This document shows, one piece after another, positions 19,072 to 27,837 of a DNA stretch of 64,000 nucleotides. The position numbers and the translations under genes are program-made. Origin of the DNA: an uncultured Nitrospiraceae bacterium (lineage in GTDB: Bacteria > Nitrospirota > Thermodesulfovibrionia > Thermodesulfovibrionales > UBA9159); assembly GCA_964475485.1 (NCBI GenBank), contig CAYYWY010000002.1, positions 104,257 to 168,256 of the forward strand, given 5' to 3'. Position 1 is the stretch's first letter; each line of letters begins with the position of its first letter. The notes beneath the pieces are model-generated. The model worked only from the letters and a program-made list of their open reading frames with translations, did not search any database and was not told the DNA's origin.

Positions 19072-21717
19072 ATGAAAATGAAGGACATCTTGTCGGTCGG
19101 CAAACTCGGAGCGGTTGTTCCTATGCTGATGGTCGTCACCATTCTTGCGGCGGGAATATCCCATGGCGCCAGTGTTGACGTTTATCTCAAAGCAGGGGTG
19201 ACCACAAAGACTATTAACGGTGCTGCAATTGCTATGTGGGGCTTTGCTCAGTGTACGGACGGAACCTTTGCCTCTTGCGGGGCCGTATCAGTGCCAGGTC
19301 CGGCCCTGACGGCTACCGAAGGTGATGCTCTGAATATCCATCTCAGAAACGATCTTACCGGGCCATTCACCGAGCCTGTTTCGATCGTTATACCTGGCCA
19401 GATTACTGCCATGAATCCGGTCTGGATTGACGGCCTCGGAAATGTTGTCTCCACCGGCTCACGGTTGCCGGGCGACGTCACTTCGAGGGTGAGGTCTTTT
19501 ACGGCGGAGACGCCTGTAGGTGGAACCTCGACTTACACCTGGAGTAACGTTAAGTCGGGAGCGTACATATATCAGAGTGGTACACACCCGGCGGTTCAGG
19601 TACAGATGGGCTTATATGGAGTCCTCGAAGTCTTGCCGGTGACACCAGCCCGGGCTTACGAAGATCCTTCAACCGCTTATGATGCAAGGGTGGCACTTTT
19701 ATTCAGTGAAATCGATCCCGCCCTTCACAACGCAGTTGCGACAGGCACATACGGCCCCCCAGCTGGACCCGGAAGGATGACGAGCACAGTCAATTATAAT
19801 CCCGCCTACTTCCTCATTAATGGAGAACCGTACACGGCCGGTCTTGCGCCGATACCAGCTGGCCTTCCCGGGCAGAAGGTGCTTGTCCGTTTCCTTAATG
19901 CGGGGCTGGAATCGAAGGTTCCTACGCTCCAAAATCAATATATGACAGTGATCGCTGAAGACGGCAACCTCTATCCCAATCCGAAGGAACAGTACTCTGT
20001 ATTTCTGCCCGCAGGGAAAACTCTCGACGCAATTATGTCTTCTGCAAGCGCAGGATATATTCCAGTATATGACAGAATGCTGAACCTGACAAGCGGACCT
20101 GCATCGCCTGGAGGCATGCTGAGGTACCTGGAAATTGCCTCGCTTAACAAGTATGTTCTTACGGTGAACAAAGCAGGTTCAGGGACCGGGATAGTGGAGG
20201 CGACGAGTCTTCCCGGAGGCATAAGCTGCGGACTAACCTGCAATAGGGCATACAACGAGGGTACTATGGTTAAACTCAATGCGACACCTGCGGCAGGTTC
20301 GGTATTCGCCGGCTGGTCCGGGGCATGTGCCGGCACTGGTCCGACGTGCATTGTCACCATGGACGCCGCCAAGACAGTTACGGCAACTTTCAATGTTTCC
20401 GGTTCATGGATCACGGTGCTATCACCTAACGGAGGAGAGAACTTCCAGATTGGTACTACCCAGACGATTCGGTGGTCCTACAGCGGAACTCCCGGTACTG
20501 CTGTGCATATTCAGCTGCTCAAGGGGGGGGCGATTTATTCGACTATCACTAACAGTACCCCTATAGGTTCCGGTCAGTACAACTGGAACATCGGCAGATA
20601 CGCTGCCGGTAGTACGTACACGATAAAGATAACAAGTACGACAAACAGTCTTTACACAGACACGAGTGACGCTGCGTTCACTATATCCGGGGCTGGATGT
20701 GTCTATTCGATCTCGCCCACATCCATCTTCTTCCCAGTTGCAGGAGGCACTGGAAACGTGAATGTTACTGCATCTGCCGGATGTGCCTGGACGGCTGCAA
20801 GCAATGTGCCGTGGATAGCGATAACGGCGGGTGCAACCGGGACGGGCAGCGGGACAGTGACATACACTGTCTTTGCCAACACGGGAAATCTGAGAACCGG
20901 CACAATGACCATCGCAGGGAAGACCTTTACAGTGACACAGGACGGCAGTGGAGCCTGCACATATGCCATAGTTCCGACAAATCAGATCTTTAATGCAGCC
21001 GGAGGCTCAGGGAGTGTTACTGTAACCGCCCCTGCAGGATGCGCCTGGACTGCCGTGAGCAATGCTGCATGGATCACCGTTACAGGCGGAGCAGCCGGAA
21101 GCGGCAATGGTACGGTCACCTATTCGGTGGGCGCTAATGCGGGCGGTGCAAGAACCGGAACAATGACTATTGCAGGGCAAACGTTCACGGTGAATCAGTT
21201 GGCGCCGGTTGCTTGCACATATTCGTTGTCTCCAACGAGTCAGGCGTTTCTTGGTGCTGGGGGTACCGGCAGTGTGGCCGTGACAGCGCCGGCAGGTTGT
21301 GCATGGACCGCGGCGAGCAACGCCGCCTGGATCGCTGTTACCGGCGGGGCCGGGGGTAACGGCAACGGGACGGTGAATTATTCCGTAGCGCCGAACGCCG
21401 GGAATCAGAGGACAGGGACAATTACTATCGGAGGACAGACATTCACGGTGATTCAGGGCGGCGTTACAGTATCGGGCAAGATATTGAACGCCTCCGGTAT
21501 TCCAATTCCCGGGGTTCTGCTTACTCTTACAGGCCCGGTGACGACAACCACCACTACCGACAGATCGGGCGAGTACCAGATCAGGGGCGTGCCCGACGGC
21601 GGCTATATATTGACGCCGAGCCTGACAGGCTACGGCTTTACGCCTGCAAGCAGGTCATTCACTGTAAGCGGAAACAATGTTGAGGCACAGAACTTTACCG
21701 GAGCCAGATTGAGATAA
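19072..21717 (+). CDS. Copper-ligand-free two-cupredoxin-domain protein (subunit C) fused to InlB B-repeat, Kre9/KNH-like, 3x BACON-like and CarboxypepD_reg-like domains
   Basis: Signal peptide. MCO-like fold markers PGPALTATEGDALNIHLRN, VSIVIPGQ, GAYIYQSGTHPAVQVQMGLYGVLEV and YFLINGEPY..GQKVLVRFLNAG, but no HxH or HCH anywhere. Then [28 protein letters not shown]; WITVLSPNGGENFQIGTTQTIRWSYSG; three C.Y.I.PT...GC.WTA.SN..WI modules; VSGKILNASGIPIPGVLLTLTG...GEYQIRGVPDGGYILTP. Confidence 0.8.
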   Translation: MKMKDILSVGKLGAVVPMLMVVTILAAGISHGASVDVYLKAGVTTKTINGAAIAMWGFAQCTDGTFASCGAVSVPGPALTATEGDALNIHLRNDLTGPFTEPVSIVIPGQITAMNPVWIDGLGNVVSTGSRLPGDVTSRVRSFTAETPVGGTSTYTWSNVKSGAYIYQSGTHPAVQVQMGLYGVLEVLPVTPARAYEDPSTAYDARVALLFSEIDPALHNAVATGTYGPPAGPGRMTSTVNYNPAYFLINGEPYTAGLAPIPAGLPGQKVLVRFLNAGLESKVPTLQNQYMTVIAEDGNLYPNPKEQYSVFLPAGKTLDAIMSSASAGYIPVYDRMLNLTSGPASPGGMLRYLEIASLNKYVLTVNKAGSGTGIVEATSLPGGISCGLTCNRAYNEGTMVKLNATPAAGSVFAGWSGACAGTGPTCIVTMDAAKTVTATFNVSGSWITVLSPNGGENFQIGTTQTIRWSYSGTPGTAVHIQLLKGGAIYSTITNSTPIGSGQYNWNIGRYAAGSTYTIKITSTTNSLYTDTSDAAFTISGAGCVYSISPTSIFFPVAGGTGNVNVTASAGCAWTAASNVPWIAITAGATGTGSGTVTYTVFANTGNLRTGTMTIAGKTFTVTQDGSGACTYAIVPTNQIFNAAGGSGSVTVTAPAGCAWTAVSNAAWITVTGGAAGSGNGTVTYSVGANAGGARTGTMTIAGQTFTVNQLAPVACTYSLSPTSQAFLGAGGTGSVAVTAPAGCAWTAASNAAWIAVTGGAGGNGNGTVNYSVAPNAGNQRTGTITIGGQTFTVIQGGVTVSGKILNASGIPIPGVLLTLTGPVTTTTTTDRSGEYQIRGVPDGGYILTPSLTGYGFTPASRSFTVSGNNVEAQNFTGARLR

Positions 21718-21763
21718 CGATCGGAGCCGGAGAATGCAAGTTCACCCTTGGTTCGATGTGAGG

Positions 21764-21797
21764 AAAGGGCCGGGTTGCTTTGGCAACCCGGCCCTTT
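21764..21797 (+). terminator. Strong hairpin after the four-gene operon (15-bp perfect stem, 4-nt loop)
   Basis: aaagggccgggttgc tttg gcaacccggcccttt. It is followed by aaaacc rather than a U-tract, so it is an atypical intrinsic terminator or an RNA-stabilising hairpin. Confidence 0.55.
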
Positions 21798-21869
21798 AAA
21801 ACCGGGAGCAGATATTTTCTCTCCTCAAGAATGCTATAGTAATTATTGTATTGTAAGAAGCGATTTCTT

Positions 21870-22322
21870 ATGAAGACACGTAATCTTGCAGCGATAACTT
21901 CTTTTCTGTTTCTCTTCCTTGTTCCTCCTCAGGTCTTCTCCGAAGGCGGAACTAAAGAAGCTCCGGCTGCCGTGCAAAAAGGAGACCATGGCATTGAAAA
22001 GAGGTGGGGTGTGCAGATAATATCCTTACGGCTGTCTGCAGGAGGTGCCATGCTCGATTTCAGGTACAGGCTTACGGATCCTGAAAAGGCCAGGCCCCTC
22101 TTCGACCGCGGGATCAAGCCCTATCTTATCGATGAGACGAGCGGCGCCAAGCTTCTTGTGCCTAACGCCCCCAAGCTGGGAGCCCTCAGGCAGACCCCGA
22201 AGAATCCGGTTGCAGGCAAGAATTATTTTGTCCTTTTTACGAATCCGGGCGTTGTTAAGGCAGGGAACAAGGCGACCGTTGTTATCGGTGATTTTAGGGC
22301 TGAAAACCTCACCGTGGAATAG
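21870..22322 (+). CDS. Secreted hypothetical protein
   Basis: ATG 21870 gives MKTRNLAAITSFLFLFLVPPQVFSEG (signal peptide). I do not recognise any motif. Coding-like composition and no competing ORF. Confidence 0.5.
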   Translation: MKTRNLAAITSFLFLFLVPPQVFSEGGTKEAPAAVQKGDHGIEKRWGVQIISLRLSAGGAMLDFRYRLTDPEKARPLFDRGIKPYLIDETSGAKLLVPNAPKLGALRQTPKNPVAGKNYFVLFTNPGVVKAGNKATVVIGDFRAENLTVE

Positions 22323-22328
22323 ACAGAG

Positions 22329-24692
22329 TCAAGCCAATGTGACAACAGTCACGCCTGCCCCGCCTTCCGACTGTTCGCCCTTCCTGAAATGCTTTACAAG
22401 AGGGTGGTCTATGAGGTGTTCACGAACGGCCTTTGCAAGTATTCCAGTTCCGACCCCATGTATGATGGCAACCTCGGGGAGGCCCGCAAGGGAAGCGCGG
22501 TTCAGGAATGGTTCAAGACTCGACAGCGCCTCATCCACTCTCATCCCCATAAGGTTTAACCTTAAGGGAACCTCCTCTGCTCCCTCAATCCTCACTGCCC
22601 CCTCTTTCTCTTCCTTGATCCTCCCTCTCTGAGGCCCCGCATCAGCAGCCGGAACTTCTATTTCCTTTCCACCTGATCTCACTCTCAGACGCCCGCGTCT
22701 TTTGTCCACTTCGGTCACAAATGCGTCATAACCCAGGGATCTGACGAAGACCGTGTCTCCTGTCTTTATGGTCTCAAGAGGCAGGACGACAAGGTTGGCG
22801 GGGTTGAGTTCGAGGATCTTCTTCAGGATCTCCTCATGTTTTATCTCGACCTGCTTCATCAGATCGCGGCTCTTCTCTCTGTCTCTTCTCCTGATCTCTT
22901 CCAGGAAAGCATGCATCTCCCTCTTTGTTGCCGAGATAATCCCGGATGCCTCCCTGTATGCCTTGGCAAGTGTCTCTTTCTGCCGTCTTTCCGCCTCATT
23001 CAGTTGCTGCTCCAGAATGCGATTCTTCTCCTCCGCCTCCCTCTGCCGGATCATGAGTTCTTCAATGGCGCTTTCATAATGAGCCCTCTTTGCATTGAGG
23101 TCGGCAATGAGAGTGTCGAACTCAACCCTGATTTCCCCGAGGAGAGTTCGGGCCGATTCAATGACATGTTCCGGAAGGCCGTATCTCCTCGCTATTTCAA
23201 GGGCATGGGACCTTCCAGGCTCACCTATCCTCAACCTGTACAGAGGCGTAAGAGTACTTTCGTCGAATTCCATCGAGGCGTTGATCATACCCTCTGAGCG
23301 GTGCACGAACCCCTTTATATCGGTAAGGTGGGTAGTGGCAAAGAGAAGGGCGCCTCTTGCTTTTATCTCCTTGAGGACGGCGCAGGCGAGGGCGGCGCCT
23401 TCAGAGGGGTCGGTGCCGGTGCCGAGTTCGTCGATGAGCACAAGGGACTTAGCGTGAGCCTCCTTCAGGATCTCAGAGATATTCGAGATATGTGCCGAAA
23501 AAGTGGAGAGGCTGTTTTCGATGGACTGTTCATCGCCAATGTCGATGAGTACGGTATGGATGAAGGGGAAGCTCGATGACGAATCTGCAGGCACTGGCAT
23601 GCCGGAGAGAGCCATGAGCTGAAGGAGCCCTATGGTCTTGATTGCGATGGTCTTCCCTCCTGCGTTGGATCCCGTGATGACCATCACAGTATTTTCCCCT
23701 CCTATGGCTACGTCAAGGGGCACAACTTCCCGTTCCGCCGCAGTCTTCCGGAATGCCAGGGACAACAAGGGATGACGAGCATTTACAAGACTGAGGATGC
23801 CCGAATCATTTATTCTCGGGGAGGCCATGTCGAGCTGGTCAGCAAACATCGAGATACAGTTCAGAACGTCAAGTGTGACTACGATCCTGAACTCGACGTC
23901 CACCTCATCAGCCGCCACCCTTATTCTTGAAGAGATATCCCTGAGGATACGTATCTCCTCCGCCTTCTGCTCTGCAATGAGGTTTTCGAGTTCATTTGAA
24001 AGGCTGATAATGGCGAGGGGCTCAATGAAAGCGGTCTCTCCCGAGCGCGACACGTCATGCACCACTCCGGGTACCTGTCCTTTGGAATCCATCCTCACCG
24101 GGATTACCCATCTACCGGAGCGCTGAGTGACAAAGTTATCCTGTAGGAAAGATGATATCCTTTCGTCCCTCATCATCTCCTCGAGCTTCTTTGCGATCCT
24201 GCCCTCGAGGCGGCGCACCTGCGCCCTCAACTCGGAGAGCGCGACCGAGGCGGAATCAAGGATATTACCCTCGCTGTCGATGGATCTCAGGAGCAAGGAA
24301 AGGATGTCCGGGAGGCCCGTAAGGGGGGCTGAAAGTTCCCTGAGCGAGGGGAGGTCTACCCTGCCCGAAAGCTGAGCGGATATGTCGGAACATATCGTGA
24401 AAAGGGGGATGAAATAGGAGAGTTCCTTCGATTCAAGGACAGCGCCTTGGGGCCTGATCTTTTCCAGAAGGGGGGAGATATCCTCGAAGTGAGTGAGCCT
24501 GAGGGGGCTCCCCTCATTGGAAATCCTCCGTATCTCTTCAATCAGGACAAGTCTCTTTTCGATCTCCTCAACGCTCCCTGAGGGAAGGATGCCGAGCACT
24601 GCCCTTGCGGAAGCGCTGCCGTGAGAAAACACGGCGATCAACCTGAGGAGCTTGGGAAACTCAAGGAGATTAAGAGAGTTTTCCTTTATCAT
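22329..24692 (-). CDS. mutS2: Endonuclease MutS2 (MutS family ATPase with C-terminal Smr domain)
   Basis: ITGSNAGGKTIAIKTIGLLQLMALSG (Walker A), LIDELGTGTDPSEGAALA, and C-terminal Smr LNLMGMRVDEALSSLEPFLNRA...IIHGVGTGILAKAVREHL. Confidence 0.95.
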   Translation of the reverse strand: MIKENSLNLLEFPKLLRLIAVFSHGSASARAVLGILPSGSVEEIEKRLVLIEEIRRISNEGSPLRLTHFEDISPLLEKIRPQGAVLESKELSYFIPLFTICSDISAQLSGRVDLPSLRELSAPLTGLPDILSLLLRSIDSEGNILDSASVALSELRAQVRRLEGRIAKKLEEMMRDERISSFLQDNFVTQRSGRWVIPVRMDSKGQVPGVVHDVSRSGETAFIEPLAIISLSNELENLIAEQKAEEIRILRDISSRIRVAADEVDVEFRIVVTLDVLNCISMFADQLDMASPRINDSGILSLVNARHPLLSLAFRKTAAEREVVPLDVAIGGENTVMVITGSNAGGKTIAIKTIGLLQLMALSGMPVPADSSSSFPFIHTVLIDIGDEQSIENSLSTFSAHISNISEILKEAHAKSLVLIDELGTGTDPSEGAALACAVLKEIKARGALLFATTHLTDIKGFVHRSEGMINASMEFDESTLTPLYRLRIGEPGRSHALEIARRYGLPEHVIESARTLLGEIRVEFDTLIADLNAKRAHYESAIEELMIRQREAEEKNRILEQQLNEAERRQKETLAKAYREASGIISATKREMHAFLEEIRRRDREKSRDLMKQVEIKHEEILKKILELNPANLVVLPLETIKTGDTVFVRSLGYDAFVTEVDKRRGRLRVRSGGKEIEVPAADAGPQRGRIKEEKEGAVRIEGAEEVPLRLNLMGMRVDEALSSLEPFLNRASLAGLPEVAIIHGVGTGILAKAVREHLIDHPLVKHFRKGEQSEGGAGVTVVTLA

Positions 24693-24725
24693 TAAAGAGG
24701 GCGGTCAAACCCCTGTCAAAAGCGA

Positions 24726-25067
24726 TTAAAGCCCGAGCCCTTCAATTATCCTCTTTTTCTGCTTTTCTATTATCTTCTGGCCGTAATCAAGGGACTTGAT
24801 GACTTCCCTTTTGGCACTGTCGGAGAGCTCGACACCCCTCTCAATAATATCGGAGGCGGTGTCCTTTACCGTGCCGACGAAATCATCCACGGTCCGGATC
24901 GTATCCTCCACAAGCTCCACCGCGTCACGCCTTATTCGCTTCGCCGCCTTTGAAATATCCTTTCTTGTTTCGCGTCCGGACTTGGGCGCATAGAGAAGAG
25001 CAATCCCTGCTCCGATGAGTCCTCCCAGCAAAAAAGCGCCTGCAACGGCCCTGGTATCGTTATGCAT
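24726..25067 (-). CDS. YtxH domain-containing protein
   Basis: AFLLGGLIGAGIALLYAPKSGRETRKDI, followed by a helical/charged region typical of YtxH-like general-stress proteins. Confidence 0.8.
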   Translation of the reverse strand: MHNDTRAVAGAFLLGGLIGAGIALLYAPKSGRETRKDISKAAKRIRRDAVELVEDTIRTVDDFVGTVKDTASDIIERGVELSDSAKREVIKSLDYGQKIIEKQKKRIIEGLGL

Positions 25068-25284
25068 AATCGGTCTCCTTTCCGCGATTCCTTATGATTT
25101 AACTCTATCAGGAATGGGCGTAAGAGTCAATTCCACTCGAGAGAGGTATCGGATGGGAAGAGTTCCTTGCCTGTCCGGCTTCCGGCTTGCTGTGAGGCGC
25201 AGAAAAAGCCGCAGGAAAGCGGAAATTGACTTTTCAGCGGTGAGTATGTCAAAGTACACCTGCTTGGAAGTTTTTGTCAGACGA

Positions 25285-25323
25285 AAGACCGCAAGAACTT
25301 TTGACGTTGCGGTCTTTTTTTTT
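25285..25323 (+). terminator. Orphan Rho-independent terminator in the leader of the RRM-protein gene
   Basis: aagaccgcaa (25285-25294), 12-nt loop, ttgcggtctt (25307-25316), then a T-run to 25323. No upstream + strand CDS (ytxH is divergent). The RRM gene starts at 25366. Confidence 0.65.
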
Positions 25324-25365
25324 GCATGGGCTTACAAACCCATGAAACATAAGGAGGGCAAGAGG

Positions 25366-25686
25366 ATGTCGAAAAAGATCTATGTGGGGAATCTTCCGTA
25401 CAAGGCAGATGAAGAGACCTTGAGGGACGCTTTCGGGAAAAACGGAGAGGTACTGTCAGTGAGGATTATTACTGACGTGATTACAGGCCGCTCAAAGGGC
25501 TTCGGCTTTGTCGAAATGGCTTCAGAGGAGGAAGGTGAGAAGGCTATTTCAAGCCTCAACGGGACCACACTGTTTGACAGAACCCTGACGGTTAGCGAGG
25601 CAAGGCCCCAGACAGAAAAAGGCGGCAGGGGGGAATGTAGAGGAGCCCATGGCAGGGGTGGAAGGAAACCGGGCAATTGGAGATAA
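25366..25686 (+). CDS. RNA-binding protein (single RRM with Arg/Gly-rich tail)
   Basis: MSKKIYVGNLPYKADEETLRDAF...RSKGFGFVEMASEEE: the RNP2 (IYVGNL) and RNP1 (KGFGFVEM) motifs. ATG 25366 after AAGGAGGG. The ORF-track start at 25015 is spurious. Confidence 0.9.
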   Translation: MSKKIYVGNLPYKADEETLRDAFGKNGEVLSVRIITDVITGRSKGFGFVEMASEEEGEKAISSLNGTTLFDRTLTVSEARPQTEKGGRGECRGAHGRGGRKPGNWR

Positions 25687-25883
25687 GGGTAAACGGAAAT
25701 GACCTTGAGAGGGCGCTAAAGCTTCTCAAGCGTCAGCTCCAGAAGGACGGTCTTCTCAGGGAACTGAAGAAGAGGCGTTTCTACGAGAAGCCCTCTGTCA
25801 AAATGAAGACAAAGCAGAGAGAAGCCCAGAAAAGAAGAGTGAAGAACGCGAGGCAGATGAGGAAAAACAGCCATCTCGGTTAG
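25677..25883 (+). CDS. rpsU: 30S ribosomal protein S21
   Basis: EIRVNGNDLERALKLLKRQLQKDGLLRELKKRRFYEKPSVKMKTKQREAQKRR is the S21 family pattern (..FYEKPS..). TTG start at 25677 overlaps the RRM gene end by 10 nt. Confidence 0.85.
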   Translation: MEIRVNGNDLERALKLLKRQLQKDGLLRELKKRRFYEKPSVKMKTKQREAQKRRVKNARQMRKNSHLG

Positions 25884-25985
25884 AGCTGTGCGATCCTCTC
25901 CGCATTGTTCGCCCACTTCTTACCGCACGGCCCGCATCAGGCCATTCATCGACAGATAAAACACACATACTTGGACAGGAGAGAA

Positions 25986-27590
25986 ATGGATTGCAGGAAA
26001 TTCTATGAGTTCGGGCTTTCGGACGAGGTGCTGAAGGCCCTTTCAGACATGGGGTTTGAGGAACCTACCCCTATACAGAAGGCAGCAATAGGTCATGCGC
26101 TGAAGGGCAAGGATATTATTGGCCTGGCTCAGACAGGCACAGGTAAAACCGCTGCGTTCGGAATACCGGTTATCGAAGGATGCAGGAGCGGAAGAGGCAA
26201 GAACCCCAGCGCCATCGTGCTTGCTCCGACGAGGGAACTTGCAGTGCAGGTAGCCCAGGAGTTGAACAGGATCGGCAGATACAGAGGGATCGTGTCGGTT
26301 CCCATCTACGGTGGGCAGTCGATCGAAAGACAGATAAAGAGTCTGCACAGAGGTGTGGATGTTGTAGTCGGCACGCCGGGCCGCGTGATAGACCATGTGC
26401 AGAGAAAAACCCTTATTCTCAGGGATATCCGTATAGTTGTTCTGGATGAGGCTGACGAGATGCTTAACATGGGGTTCATCGATGATATTGAGAGGATACT
26501 GAGAGAAACCCCTAAAGAGAGGCAGACCATGCTGTTTTCGGCCACAATGCCTGAAGAGATTCTTCGTATCTCGGGGAAATATATGCGTGAGCCTGAAAGA
26601 GTCTTTGTAGACCCCAAGAAGATGGTGGTCTCGAAGATAAAGCAGGTCTTCTATGAGGTGAGGGAAGAGGACAAGTTGAAGGCGCTGACAAGACTGCTGG
26701 ACGTGGAATCACCCTCAATGACGCTCGTCTTCTGCCATACCAAGAGGGAGGTCGATGACGTCTCGGTAAAGCTTCAACAGATGGGCTACAGCGCAGGGGC
26801 GATCCATGGTGATTTCACTCAGTCCTTCAGGGATGAGACGATGGAGAAGTTCAGGAACGGAGAGACCGATATCCTTGTGGCCACAGATGTGGCTGCACGC
26901 GGACTGGACATTCCGGATGTGAGTCACGTTATCAATTACAGCATCCCCCAGAACCCCGACGGCTATATCCACAGAATAGGCCGGACCGGCAGGGCAGGGA
27001 AGTCCGGTATCGCAATAACCTTTGTGACACCGAGGGAATACAGGCAGCTGAGGCTTATAGAGAAATCGGCTAAGACTACTATAAACAAAGCGAAGTTGCC
27101 TACAAAGGACGAGGTGAAAAAGGTAAAGGAAAAGGAACTCGCCGAGGCGCTGGAAAGCATAATCGGAAGAGATGACCACAAGGAGTACTTGCCCCTTGCT
27201 GAACGGCTTTCTTCTATGTACTCGCCCATGGATATTGCTGCTGCAGCATTCAGCCTTGTTGCAGGCAATACGGAGGTGGAAGACATCTATGAGTTGGAAA
27301 GAGGGGGGTTCTCAGAACGCGCGGAAATGACGAGGCTTTTCGTGACCATCGGTAGAAAAGACAAGATCAATGTCGGCGACCTTGTGAAGTCGATTTCCGT
27401 CGAGGCCGATATCCCGGGCAGAAAGATCGGCAATGTCGCCCTCTTTGATACGTTCAGCTTTGTGGAGGTTCCTGCAAGCCTTGCCGACAGGGTTATCAGT
27501 TCACTCAACGATATGGTACTCCATGGCAGGAGAATACGCGTCCAGCCAGCCAGGAAAAAGAAAGGGCAGGTCACTCGGAAGACCGCCTGA
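25986..27590 (+). CDS. deaD: DEAD-box ATP-dependent RNA helicase (DeaD/CsdA-like with DbpA-type C-terminal RNA-binding domain)
   Basis: FEEPTPIQ, AQTGTGKT, VLDEADEM, FSATMP, HRIGRTGRAG. C-terminal ...RLFVTIGRKDKINVGDLVKSI...FVEVP. ATG 25986 after GGAGAGA. Confidence 0.9.
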   Translation: MDCRKFYEFGLSDEVLKALSDMGFEEPTPIQKAAIGHALKGKDIIGLAQTGTGKTAAFGIPVIEGCRSGRGKNPSAIVLAPTRELAVQVAQELNRIGRYRGIVSVPIYGGQSIERQIKSLHRGVDVVVGTPGRVIDHVQRKTLILRDIRIVVLDEADEMLNMGFIDDIERILRETPKERQTMLFSATMPEEILRISGKYMREPERVFVDPKKMVVSKIKQVFYEVREEDKLKALTRLLDVESPSMTLVFCHTKREVDDVSVKLQQMGYSAGAIHGDFTQSFRDETMEKFRNGETDILVATDVAARGLDIPDVSHVINYSIPQNPDGYIHRIGRTGRAGKSGIAITFVTPREYRQLRLIEKSAKTTINKAKLPTKDEVKKVKEKELAEALESIIGRDDHKEYLPLAERLSSMYSPMDIAAAAFSLVAGNTEVEDIYELERGGFSERAEMTRLFVTIGRKDKINVGDLVKSISVEADIPGRKIGNVALFDTFSFVEVPASLADRVISSLNDMVLHGRRIRVQPARKKKGQVTRKTA

Positions 27591-27837
27591 CGAACTTGAA
27601 ATCCCCTTTTTCCATATTCCGCTGTAAGGCATTGTCTAACAGGATGCTGAAAAAGCCTCTGAGTTGCATCCCTGCAAAGGTCTACGGCTCGCAGAGCTGG
27701 GGTGCTGAGGCTCTTCGCCGCAAGAACTCTCATTAATAATTCTTAATGACAGGTCATGGCTGTTTCTGCAGACTATAGATCAAAATGGAGACCAAGGGAG
27801 GGGAATCCGGCGAATAGATTCATCGAAGGAGGAAAGC

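Noticed and set aside
15900-21460. The regularly repeated ~240-nt BACON-like coding modules, considered as a possible CRISPR or other non-coding array.
   Set aside because: The repeats are long, in frame and diverged at synonymous sites. They lie inside continuous ORFs and have no short direct repeat/spacer structure.
25015-25365. The 223-aa ORF-track version of the RRM-protein gene, starting at 25015.
   Set aside because: The upstream 117 codons run antisense over the ytxH start and through a terminator hairpin. The RRM domain begins at ATG 25366, which has a strong SD.
27600-27740. The GC-rich segment after the helicase gene (gctgaaaaagcctctgagttgcatccctgcaaaggtctacggctcgcagagctggggtgctgaggctcttcgccgc), resembling repeat-derived 'hypothetical proteins' seen in metagenome assemblies.
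   Set aside because: There is only one copy in this window and no clear inverted-repeat termini. It cannot be supported as a repeat without genome-wide data.
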